A DNA stretch of 64,000 bases from Clostridia bacterium (GTDB lineage: Bacteria > Bacillota > Clostridia > JAAYHZ01). Positions 1 through 7,790 of this stretch are shown here, piece after piece. The position numbers and the translations under genes were made by a program. The stretch spans positions 288,001 to 352,000 of the forward strand of contig JBMNIH010000003.1 of NCBI GenBank assembly GCA_050950825.1. The letters run 5' to 3'. The notes below the pieces were generated by a model that saw only the letters and a program-made list of their open reading frames with translations, searched no databases and was not told the origin of the DNA. Position 1 is the stretch's first letter. Every line of letters starts with the position of its first letter.

Positions 1-805
1 ATCGGGGGAAGCATCCAAGAATCCCAGATATAAGCTGATCGGAAAAAAATACTTTTGCGGTATTTACGAGGGTGGCAAAGGCAACGAAAAGCTTTGGATG
101 GAGGTTGCCGAATACATAGAAAAAACATACGATACGGACTATCTTGAGAGAATATACGTAGTCGGAGACGGAGCTTCGTGGATAAAAAAAGGATGCGAAT
201 ATTTGGAGAACAGCAAATATGTCCTTGATAAATACCATATGATGAAATATATAAACAGGTCAGTGGCGCATCTTTACGATAGCGCGGACGAGGTGAAAGA
301 CTGGATTTGGGGAGCCTTGAATCGTTTGGACAAAAAGGAATTGAAGAATATCTATGAGCAGATCCTGAAGGTTACGGAAAGTGAAAACAAGAAGCAAGAA
401 GTGGAAGATGCGTTAAGATATTTTCTAAATCATTGGCAAGGGATAAAAACCCGAGTGGAAGAAACAAGCGGCTGGACATATTGCATAGAAGGGCAAATAA
501 GCCATGTATTGTCGGCAAGAATGAGCAGCAGACCAATGGGATGGAGCGAATTGGGTTGCGACCGCATGGCAAGGCTCAGAGCGTACAAAAGAAACGGCGG
601 TAAGATTCTTGACTTGCTAAAATATCAAAAACAACGAAAAAAGCAAAAGGAAAGGCGTGAAGCACAAGAAGAATTGATAAGAGATCTGAGAAGAAGACAT
701 TCAAAATGGACGTATGCGGAAGATACCAGACGTCACATACATGGTTTGGAAAGGAGCAGTATGAAGTGGCTAAAGAATATGACCACACTGGCTTGGGACG
801 CATAA
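1..805 (+). CDS. ISLre2-family (UPF0236-like) transposase, 5'-truncated by window edge
   Basis: Same translation as the C-terminal half of 14014-15498; motifs GDGASWI, LDKYH, IEGQISHVLSARMSSRPMGWS. Confidence 0.9.
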   Translation, partial: SGEASKNPRYKLIGKKYFCGIYEGGKGNEKLWMEVAEYIEKTYDTDYLERIYVVGDGASWIKKGCEYLENSKYVLDKYHMMKYINRSVAHLYDSADEVKDWIWGALNRLDKKELKNIYEQILKVTESENKKQEVEDALRYFLNHWQGIKTRVEETSGWTYCIEGQISHVLSARMSSRPMGWSELGCDRMARLRAYKRNGGKILDLLKYQKQRKKQKERREAQEELIRDLRRRHSKWTYAEDTRRHIHGLERSSMKWLKNMTTLAWDA

Positions 806-848
806 GCAGCTTGAACCGCTATGACTTTGTAACCGTGTGACGGTAGGC

Positions 849-1012
849 TTTATGCCGCGAAAGTCGCTTTACGATGAGTAGACGGCATGTTAGGCTTGTC
901 TGCCTGGCATCAAACACACAAAGCCGTATCCGGCTTCACCCTGTAGGAAGATGCCGCAGAGGCCACTAAACATGCCGGCAGAGGCTCGTCGTAAAGCGAA
1001 CCGTGGAATAAA
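849..1012 (+). ncRNA. Putative structured ncRNA in ISLre2 3' region (copy A1)
   Basis: Nested helices TTTAT/ATAAA, CCGCG/CGTGG, TCGCTTTACGATGAG/CTCGTCGTAAAGCGA, CGGCATGTT/AACATGCCG, TCTGC/GCAGA, GGCATC/GATGCC. A homologue with compensatory changes lies at 4801-4971. Confidence 0.7.
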
Positions 1013-1204
1013 TGAGTACTTTACTTGTGCATTTGCTATTGTCTTCATGAATTCTTAAATAGGTGATGTGTAATAATCAATTAAAAAAACAAATGTGGAA
1101 AAATTGATGGAAATGATATATGATACAGACAAGATTTAATCTTATCATAAGGGTGAACTCTCTCTTTTTATTTCCGAATGTATATTGACGCTATCATACA
1201 ACTC

Positions 1205-1241
1205 CATAATATGGACATTAATATTAAATTTTTGATATAAT
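1205..1241 (+). promoter_or_regulatory. Putative sigma-A promoter TGGACA-N18-TATAAT without a cognate downstream gene
   Basis: CATAATATGGACATTAATAT matches 19/20 the promoter region of lipoprotein gene 40553-42349 (minus strand, ~42400-42419). Confidence 0.45.
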
Positions 1242-1488
1242 TGTTTTTAATTAGATAGATAAAAGATAGAAAATACTACTTATTAATAGTTGATTCTACT
1301 GCAAAAAGATCATTCTTACGCTCGTAAAATTACACTAATGACATAATAAAATCCAATTTATGGTATTCAATTGCGATAAACGTCCCGAATTTGGGTATCA
1401 GCTACCTCGATTCGATATCAAATCGAGGTAGTTTTCATATGTTTTTTACCTTTTGCCTAATAAAAGGCACAATAATCCCTTTTGTTTG

Positions 1489-3075
1489 TCAAGTTGTTAC
1501 TTTTGCATATCCGCCTTGCAAAAATTTGATAACTCGTTTTATGTTCTGCGCCATTGATAAGAATCCGCATACAACGGTTGATTTAATCAAACCGCGTACC
1601 TTCATATTATTCAGTCCTGTGCGTTTCAACGCCGAAACGGTTCCTTCGATTCCCGCTCTCTTACTAACGTTTTCCTTCCTGCAAGTGGCTATTTCTTCTC
1701 GTTTCCTTGCGGTTTCCATTGCTTTTTCACTGATTCTCACCACACAGTTTTTGTTCTGTTGCTTGCTGTAGCATCTGTTAAAATGCTCGCATTGCAGACA
1801 AACATCTTTTTCGAAGTATGCCACCAATTGTCCTTTCGCTCTAACCGATCGGAAAGGCATATGACCCGCAGGGCATTTTTCAATCAGTCCCGTTTCTTCT
1901 TTTATTTCAAACTCACTCACCGAGATCTTGTCCGACGGCTTCCGTCCGCACATGTCCGTCAAATGGATTTGGACATCATTGGCTTCCGCGGCTTTGTATA
2001 CATCTTCCGAGTGAAAACCTCCGTCTATGTACATGTCGGTACATCCGGTGTTTTCTTTGACCTTTCGGATTCGCCCGCTTAATATTTCTTTGTCGCTTAC
2101 AATGTTGGGCTTAACGGCGTAATCGGTAATCAATTGAACTTTGTTGTCTTTCGAGCAGGTTTCCGATACCTCAAGTACATAGCCGCTTTGCCCTTTATTG
2201 CCTTTCTTTCGATAGGTGGCGTCCTCGTCATAGGCGGATTGAAGCGAATCGGACGAGATTTCTTTGCTCTTCTTCGGTACAAGGTTACCGTTTTTATCGG
2301 TCTCCGACTGTTCTTTGATGAACCGTTCCAGTATGCGAACTTCGTCCGATTCTTTCTTGTCGGGCAGTTCCTTCAATATCTTGAGAGCTTCCGCGCTCAT
2401 AGACAAAAGCGTCGTAAGCCTGCTTTCCGTATCGACGGTTCTTACCTTATGCAGCATTTCGGTTTTGAAATCCTTTTCAAGAACCTTCCCCATTGATTCG
2501 GGTCTTTGTTCTTTCGGAATGGCTTTTACCCCTTTCTCCAATACGTCGTAAGCCAATGCCAATCGACCCGCTTTCTTGATATTGCTTACGAACATGGTCG
2601 TATCGGTTCTTTGTTCGTCGAGCGAGGTTCCCGTCAGTTTCGCAAAATTCCTCAGTAACTCTATGAATTGACCGAATAAGAGGTTTTCGTCCTCGGGATG
2701 CTCCGTCAAATATTCATATACTCTTTCCCGAAAGTAATACAGCGTTCTTTCCGATATGTAAATCTCGCCAAGCGTTTTCCCTCCGACGGCATAAGTCGTT
2801 TGATAATCAAGATATAGGGAATCCAAAAGATCTTGATCATTCAGATCTTTCATATACTTGATATATTCCAAAGACAGCAATATATTCACAGGTGTATTCG
2901 GTCTGCCTGTCTTGCTGTACAATTTCGCAAAAGGTTCTTCGTTGATATGGCAAAATACATGTTCATAGAATACAGGTGCCCAAGATTTTTTAAATCTTTC
3001 GCGTGCTTTTTCATGCATCCAATCGAGACTTGAGAAAATCGGTTGTTGTTTATGTGAATCGTTTGCTCTGAACAT
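1489..3075 (-). CDS. IS1182/IS5-like DDE transposase
   Basis: N-terminal GRPNTP (DUF772-like) region, DTT and DGGF acidic motifs, CPAGH..C..C..C Zn-like motif, RAGIEGTVSALKR. Start set at MFRAND, which has a GGAG RBS. Element ends not resolved. Confidence 0.8.
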   Translation of the reverse strand: MFRANDSHKQQPIFSSLDWMHEKARERFKKSWAPVFYEHVFCHINEEPFAKLYSKTGRPNTPVNILLSLEYIKYMKDLNDQDLLDSLYLDYQTTYAVGGKTLGEIYISERTLYYFRERVYEYLTEHPEDENLLFGQFIELLRNFAKLTGTSLDEQRTDTTMFVSNIKKAGRLALAYDVLEKGVKAIPKEQRPESMGKVLEKDFKTEMLHKVRTVDTESRLTTLLSMSAEALKILKELPDKKESDEVRILERFIKEQSETDKNGNLVPKKSKEISSDSLQSAYDEDATYRKKGNKGQSGYVLEVSETCSKDNKVQLITDYAVKPNIVSDKEILSGRIRKVKENTGCTDMYIDGGFHSEDVYKAAEANDVQIHLTDMCGRKPSDKISVSEFEIKEETGLIEKCPAGHMPFRSVRAKGQLVAYFEKDVCLQCEHFNRCYSKQQNKNCVVRISEKAMETARKREEIATCRKENVSKRAGIEGTVSALKRTGLNNMKVRGLIKSTVVCGFLSMAQNIKRVIKFLQGGYAKVTT

Positions 3076-3232
3076 AAAATATATCTCCGGAAAATTCAAA
3101 ATATGGATTAATGAAACATATCTATTTTACCATAAAACCTGTCTCAAGTCTAGTGTTTTCAAGTGTTTCGAGGCTTTTTAAGAGCCTTTTATGAAATTTT
3201 CTAGGTACATTATATAATGTACCCTATAGCTT

Positions 3233-3380
3233 GGACACTTTGGGTTTTCAAAACCCTTACCATCGGACATTAGGTTTTTGAAAAAACCCTACATTTCGGA
3301 CAATAGATTTTATATAATCCCTGTTGTTCGGACACATGCATTTTCAAAACCCTATATTCCGGACAAGAACAGTTTTTGAC
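3233..3380 (+). repeat. Five degenerate ~32-bp tandem units (GGACA...TTTT..AA..CCCT) in the IS3 left end
   Basis: GGACA at 3233, 3265, 3298, 3330 and 3361 (spacing 32, 33, 32, 31). The first unit is part of IRL. Confidence 0.75.
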
Positions 3381-3429
3381 TTCAATTCAGATGCATATTA
3401 CAATAAATGTAGTTGGATTGGAGGCATAT

Positions 3430-3834
3430 ATGGCAAATAAGAAATTTACCCCAGAAGAAATGTCCGAGTTAAGAAAAAGCAAGTATGTTCTGGATGTATC
3501 ACCAAGCACTGTACACTTCTCTGCGGAATTCAAAAAAGAATTCTGGAATGCACTAATGCAAGGGAAATTACCAAAAGATATAGTTAAATCTCTTGGCATT
3601 AATCCCGAGATACTAGGCGAAATAAGGATTGGCGGATTAAAAACAATGATCCGTAATGAAGTAAAAAAAGGCAATGGATTCCGTGACTTGAATACTTATA
3701 TGCAAGCTGGAAACGGCTATATGTCAGCAGAAAACAGGATTAAATACCTAGAGATGCAACTGGCATATAAGGAGCAAGAGATAGAGTTTCTAAAAAAAAT
3801 TGTATCTTTAGATCCGGAGGCACGGGAATTATGA
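3430..3834 (+). CDS. IS3 transposase OrfA (HTH)
   Basis: GGAGG RBS before MANKKFT; ends LAYKEQEIEFLKKI; A8 tract at 3792-3799 and ATGA overlap with orfB. Confidence 0.85.
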   Translation: MANKKFTPEEMSELRKSKYVLDVSPSTVHFSAEFKKEFWNALMQGKLPKDIVKSLGINPEILGEIRIGGLKTMIRNEVKKGNGFRDLNTYMQAGNGYMSAENRIKYLEMQLAYKEQEIEFLKKIVSLDPEAREL

Positions 3835-4790
3835 TCATTCCTGCAAATGCCAAGTATAAAATCATACAAGAAACAGTAGCACTGCATGGGAATCTTTTAA
3901 ATGTTTCTGTCCTGTGCGAAATCGCTGGTGTTTCTAGATCCGGCTATTATCACTATCTCACTACAGAAGAAGTTAGAAAACAGAAAGAAGAACAGGATCA
4001 ACAGGATTTTCTTCTCATCATAGAAGCATATAAACACAGAGGATATGATAAGGGTGCACGTGGGATTTATATGAGATTACTGCATCAGACTCCACCGGTT
4101 GTCATGAACATAAAAAAGATTCGGCGTCTTATGAAGAAGTATGGATTAAAATGCCCAATTCGCAAAGCAAATCCATACAGACGTATAGCAAAAGCGATAG
4201 GTACTTCCTATGTCGCTCCAAATCTCCTGAATCGCGAGTTTGAGGAACATGGACCACGGAAAGTTCTGCTTACAGATATCACATATATTATTAACGGTAG
4301 AGCACCTAGATGCTATATGTCTACTATTATAGATGCCTGTACAAAAGAACTCCTAGCATGGGTAGTGAGTCCATCTTTGGAAGTTGATTTTGTACTTGAG
4401 ACAGTGAATCAGCTCATTGAAAAACATGGGATTTCCTTAACGGCAGAAACCCTAATCCACAGTGATCAAGGGTCACATTACACTAGTCTTAGTTTTATAC
4501 AGCTGATTAAAAACAGCGAATTAAGGCAGTCAATGTCCAGAAGGGCAAACTGCTGGGATAACGCTCCGCAAGAGTCCTTCTTCGGACATATGAAGGATGA
4601 AATTCATATCGAAGAGTGTAACACTTATGAAGAAATCCTATCAGCAATAACTGACTGGACAGAGTATTATAACTACGAAAGATATCAATGGGATTTAGCA
4701 AAGCTATCTCCTGCAGAGTATTACAAATATTTAACAACTGGCGAGTATCCACTAAATATACCCAAGCCAAATGGATTCAAGGAGAGCTGA
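3831..4790 (+). CDS. IS3 transposase OrfB (rve/DDE integrase core)
   Basis: TDITY, HSDQGSHY, SRRANCWDNAPQESFFGHMKDE. It is in the -1 frame relative to orfA, and that frame is open back to the A8 tract. Confidence 0.93.
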   Translation: MIIPANAKYKIIQETVALHGNLLNVSVLCEIAGVSRSGYYHYLTTEEVRKQKEEQDQQDFLLIIEAYKHRGYDKGARGIYMRLLHQTPPVVMNIKKIRRLMKKYGLKCPIRKANPYRRIAKAIGTSYVAPNLLNREFEEHGPRKVLLTDITYIINGRAPRCYMSTIIDACTKELLAWVVSPSLEVDFVLETVNQLIEKHGISLTAETLIHSDQGSHYTSLSFIQLIKNSELRQSMSRRANCWDNAPQESFFGHMKDEIHIEECNTYEEILSAITDWTEYYNYERYQWDLAKLSPAEYYKYLTTGEYPLNIPKPNGFKES

Positions 4791-4800
4791 TGGGAAGGCA

Positions 4801-4971
4801 GCGTTTATGCCGCGAAAGCCTCTTGACAATGAGAGCCCGGCATGTTAGGCTATCTGACCGGGCATCAACCACCTCCAGAGCCCTTCTGCCTTGTTCAGCA
4901 TGGGGGATGCCTCTGATGCCAGCAAACATGCCGGCAGAGGCTCGTTGTCAAGAGGATCGTGGAATAAATGC
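4801..4971 (+). ncRNA. Putative structured ncRNA in IS3 3' region (copy B)
   Basis: GCGTTTAT/ATAAATGC, CCGCG/CGTGG, CCTCTTGACAATGAG/CTCGTTGTCAAGAGG, CCGGCATGTT/AACATGCCGG, GGCATC/GATGCC; collinear with 849-1012. Confidence 0.7.
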
Positions 4972-5246
4972 GGAAACCTGACTCCGAAACACCGGTATGG
5001 TAGTACTCAAAGTCCGGGACAGGTGAATCAACAGCCACTGAATACTCATTTATGAATTGAAATCAAAAACTCATTTTGTCCTTGACAAAGGGTACACTTT
5101 AAACAGTTAGCTCGGGAACACAGGGCTTTTTCCCGCTTTTAAAATCCTCTTGAACCCGCACGCATCTATGATATAATCTATTTGTTTGTACTGATTATAC
5201 TTTTATCAACAGTTCAAAAAGACAAAATAAAGAGGGATTTATATAA

Positions 5247-6638
5247 ATGAAAAATACGGATTTTGACGTAATTATCATCGGAGCGGGAACAGCCGGTATT
5301 ATGGCCGGTTTTGAATTGGTTAAACTGAATCCGGGGATTAAATTACTAATGATTGACAGCGGTTACACCATAGAAAAAAGAATTTGCCCCATTATTGACA
5401 ACAAAACCGACAAATGTATTCACTGCAAATCCTGCAGCATCATGAACGGGTTCGGTGGTGCCGGTGCTTTTTCCGACGGAAAATTCAACTTTACCACCCA
5501 ATTCGGAGGATGGCTTGCCGAATATTTAGATAGCAAAAAGGTTATGGAGCTCATTGAATACGTGGACTCCATCAACATGCAGTTCGGTGCAACGGAAAAA
5601 AGGTACTCCACTTCTTCTCCCGAGGCGAAGAAGCTGGAAAAATTGGCTTTGCAAAACGACCTTCATTTATTGGCGGCATCGGTGAAGCATTTAGGTACCG
5701 AAGAAAACTATGCCATATTAAAAAGACAATACGAATACCTGTCACAAAAGGTCGAATTCCTTTTTAATACCACGGTGGAAAGCATTGAACCCGACGAAGA
5801 CAAATTCAATATCATTGCAAAAAATAAAACATGGACGAGCAAATACTTGATCGTCGCTCCGGGGCGTTCCGGTGCGGAGTGGTTTGCCGGCCAGTGCCAG
5901 AAGTTAGGAATAAAATTAATAAACAACCAAGTGGACATCGGCGTTCGCGTTGAATTGCCCGCTACTGTATTCGATCATATTACCGATGTCATGTACGAGT
6001 CGAAATTGTTGTATCGTACCAAGCAATACGGGGACATCGTTCGTACGTTTTGTATGAACCCGAACGGATACGTGGTATCGGAAAACGTGGAAGGTATCGT
6101 GACGGTAAACGGACACAGCTATTCCGATAAAAAAATGGGCAGCGAAAACACAAACTTTGCTTTGCTGGTCAGCAACCGCTTTACGTATCCCTTTAACGAG
6201 CCTTACCAATACGGAAAAAGAATCGCTTCCCTATCGAATATGTTAGGCGGAGGCGTAATTATACAGCGCTTCGGAGATCTGATTAAAGGAAGAAGAACCA
6301 ACGAGCACCGCCTTGAGCAGAGCTTTACCAAACCGACCCTTAACGCGACCCCCGGGGACTTGAGCTTGGTTCTGACCAAGCGTCATTTGGATAACATTAT
6401 CGAAATGATTTACGCTTTGGACAAAATCGCTCCGGGAACCGCCAACCATGATACGCTGCTCTACGGCGTGGAGGTCAAGTTCTACAGCGCCCGATTGGAG
6501 CTGGACAACAATTTGGAAACCAAAATACCGAACTTTTTCGCCGTGGGAGACGGTGCCGGAATCACAAGAGGACTTTCTCAAGCGGGTGCAAGCGGAATTC
6601 ATACGGCGAGAATTATATCCGAGCGCTTAAAAAAATAA
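5247..6638 (+). CDS. NAD(P)/FAD-dependent oxidoreductase
   Basis: GAGTAG Rossmann motif, Cys cluster (CP..C..C..C), GFGGAGAFSDGK, C-terminal GDGAGITRGL. Confidence 0.85.
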   Translation: MKNTDFDVIIIGAGTAGIMAGFELVKLNPGIKLLMIDSGYTIEKRICPIIDNKTDKCIHCKSCSIMNGFGGAGAFSDGKFNFTTQFGGWLAEYLDSKKVMELIEYVDSINMQFGATEKRYSTSSPEAKKLEKLALQNDLHLLAASVKHLGTEENYAILKRQYEYLSQKVEFLFNTTVESIEPDEDKFNIIAKNKTWTSKYLIVAPGRSGAEWFAGQCQKLGIKLINNQVDIGVRVELPATVFDHITDVMYESKLLYRTKQYGDIVRTFCMNPNGYVVSENVEGIVTVNGHSYSDKKMGSENTNFALLVSNRFTYPFNEPYQYGKRIASLSNMLGGGVIIQRFGDLIKGRRTNEHRLEQSFTKPTLNATPGDLSLVLTKRHLDNIIEMIYALDKIAPGTANHDTLLYGVEVKFYSARLELDNNLETKIPNFFAVGDGAGITRGLSQAGASGIHTARIISERLKK

Positions 6639-6662
6639 CCCACAGCATGCGGGGGTGAAAAA

Positions 6663-7712
6663 ATGAGGAAGAACCGGTATTTTTACGTAGGAACCGTCCG
6701 AGATTCCATATGGCTCATGGAGCTTTCGGGAAAAACCGGAGCCATACGTTGTGTTGAGCAATTTTCGGGTCTAAAAAGGCCCACGTACCAAGTGCTGACG
6801 GAAGATAACCGTTATTTATATTCGGTAGACGAGTCATCCGAAGCATCGGGAGGCGTTCGTTCTTTTGAAGTGGGAAAAGACTTGAGCTTAAAGCCTATAA
6901 ACGGACGAGCCGCTAAAGGAGCGGGACCTTGCCACTTAAGCTTAAGCCGTGACGAAAATTATTTGATGGCTGCAGGCTATGTAGACGGCACCGTTTATGT
7001 ATATCCGATTTTAAAAGACGGCTCCATCGGACAAATGAGCGATTTACACTACCACGAAGGAAGAAGTATTCACGAAGACAGGCAAACCCGTCCTCACGCT
7101 CATTGCATACTTCCGCTGAAAGGAACGGATTATGTGTATGCAGCGGATTTAGGCACCGACAAGATCCATATCTACAAGCTTTCGGAAGGGACCTTGGTTG
7201 AAAACGATCCTCCTTACGTGGATATCCATCCGGGAGCAGGTCCGCGACACTTGGTTTTCGATTCCTCGGGAAGCTTTTTATACTTGATTAACGAATTGGA
7301 CAACACCGCCACGGTGTTAAAAGTGAACAGGGAAACAGGCGCTTTATCCGTATTACAGGATGTTTCCGCTCTTCCCGAAGGGTATACGGACACCTCTTAC
7401 TGCTCCGCCATTCGGATGCCGGTTCATCAAGGCTTTGTCTATGCATCCAACCGAGGGCACGACAGCATCGCCGTATTTTCACGAGATTCGGTTTCAGGAC
7501 TTATAAAACCAAAGGGTCATATTCCCGCAAGAGGCAAGTGGCCTCGCGATTTTAATATCACTCCGGAGGGAGACTACCTTATTGTAGCCAACCAAAATTC
7601 CGATTCGCTTATCTCCTATCGCTTGGACGAAAAAACCGGTCTTGCCGAATTCACGGGATACAGCGCCGTCGTAGAAGAACCGGTGTGCGTAACCTTTGTG
7701 AATGCTCGATAA
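6663..7712 (+). CDS. pgl: Lactonase family beta-propeller (6-phosphogluconolactonase-like)
   Basis: GPCHL, RQTRPHAH, GAGPRH, SNRGHDSI, WPRDF motifs. Confidence 0.85.
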   Translation: MRKNRYFYVGTVRDSIWLMELSGKTGAIRCVEQFSGLKRPTYQVLTEDNRYLYSVDESSEASGGVRSFEVGKDLSLKPINGRAAKGAGPCHLSLSRDENYLMAAGYVDGTVYVYPILKDGSIGQMSDLHYHEGRSIHEDRQTRPHAHCILPLKGTDYVYAADLGTDKIHIYKLSEGTLVENDPPYVDIHPGAGPRHLVFDSSGSFLYLINELDNTATVLKVNRETGALSVLQDVSALPEGYTDTSYCSAIRMPVHQGFVYASNRGHDSIAVFSRDSVSGLIKPKGHIPARGKWPRDFNITPEGDYLIVANQNSDSLISYRLDEKTGLAEFTGYSAVVEEPVCVTFVNAR

Positions 7713-7725
7713 AAAATTAAAAAAT

Positions 7726-7778
7726 AAAGGAGCGTAAAGCTCCCGGTTCACTACTGCGGGAGGCTTACGCTCCTTTTT
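7726..7778. terminator. Bidirectional intrinsic terminator between convergent pgl and gpmI
   Basis: AAAGGAGCGTAA...TTACGCTCCTTTTT inverted repeat. Confidence 0.75.
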
Positions 7779-7790
7779 CGTCTTCAAATA

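Larger units (their letters stand above)
1..1195 (+). mobile_element. ISLre2-family insertion sequence, copy 1 (left part outside window)
   Basis: Matches 14694-15888 (offset 14693) and ends in the right IR ...TTCCGAATGTATATTGACGCTATC; flanks diverge just after it. Confidence 0.9.
3218..5096 (+). mobile_element. IS3-family insertion sequence
   Basis: TG...CA ends. IRL TGTACCCTATAGCTTGGACAC vs IRR (reverse complement) TGTACCCTTTGTCAAGGACAA. orfA/orfB layout; outward TTGACA in IRR. No target duplication seen. Confidence 0.9.

Noticed and set aside
849-1012. Hammerhead ribozyme, simple terminator or tRNA/6S/SRP identity for the IS RNA module
   Set aside because: No CUGANGA core in both copies, no U tract after the stem, too long and conserved for a terminator, and no recognisable tRNA or SRP motifs. 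An Rfam search is still required.
1391-1771. 126-aa + strand ORF downstream of the orphan promoter
   Set aside because: Antisense shadow of the IS1182-like transposase, with a TTG start, no RBS and no recognisable motifs.
3233-3380. Possible CRISPR array
   Set aside because: The period is only ~32 bp in total, units are degenerate with no repeat/spacer alternation, they lie inside an IS end, and no cas genes are present.
4688-4981. 97-aa ORF overlapping the IS3 3' end
   Set aside because: It overlaps orfB and the structured module and is not preserved as an ORF in the ISLre2 homologue; conservation follows base pairing, not codons.
1383-5118. TCCCGA...TCGGGA as termini of the IS1182-like element with IS3 nested inside
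   Set aside because: Only 6 bp of inverted match and no target duplication; insufficient support.
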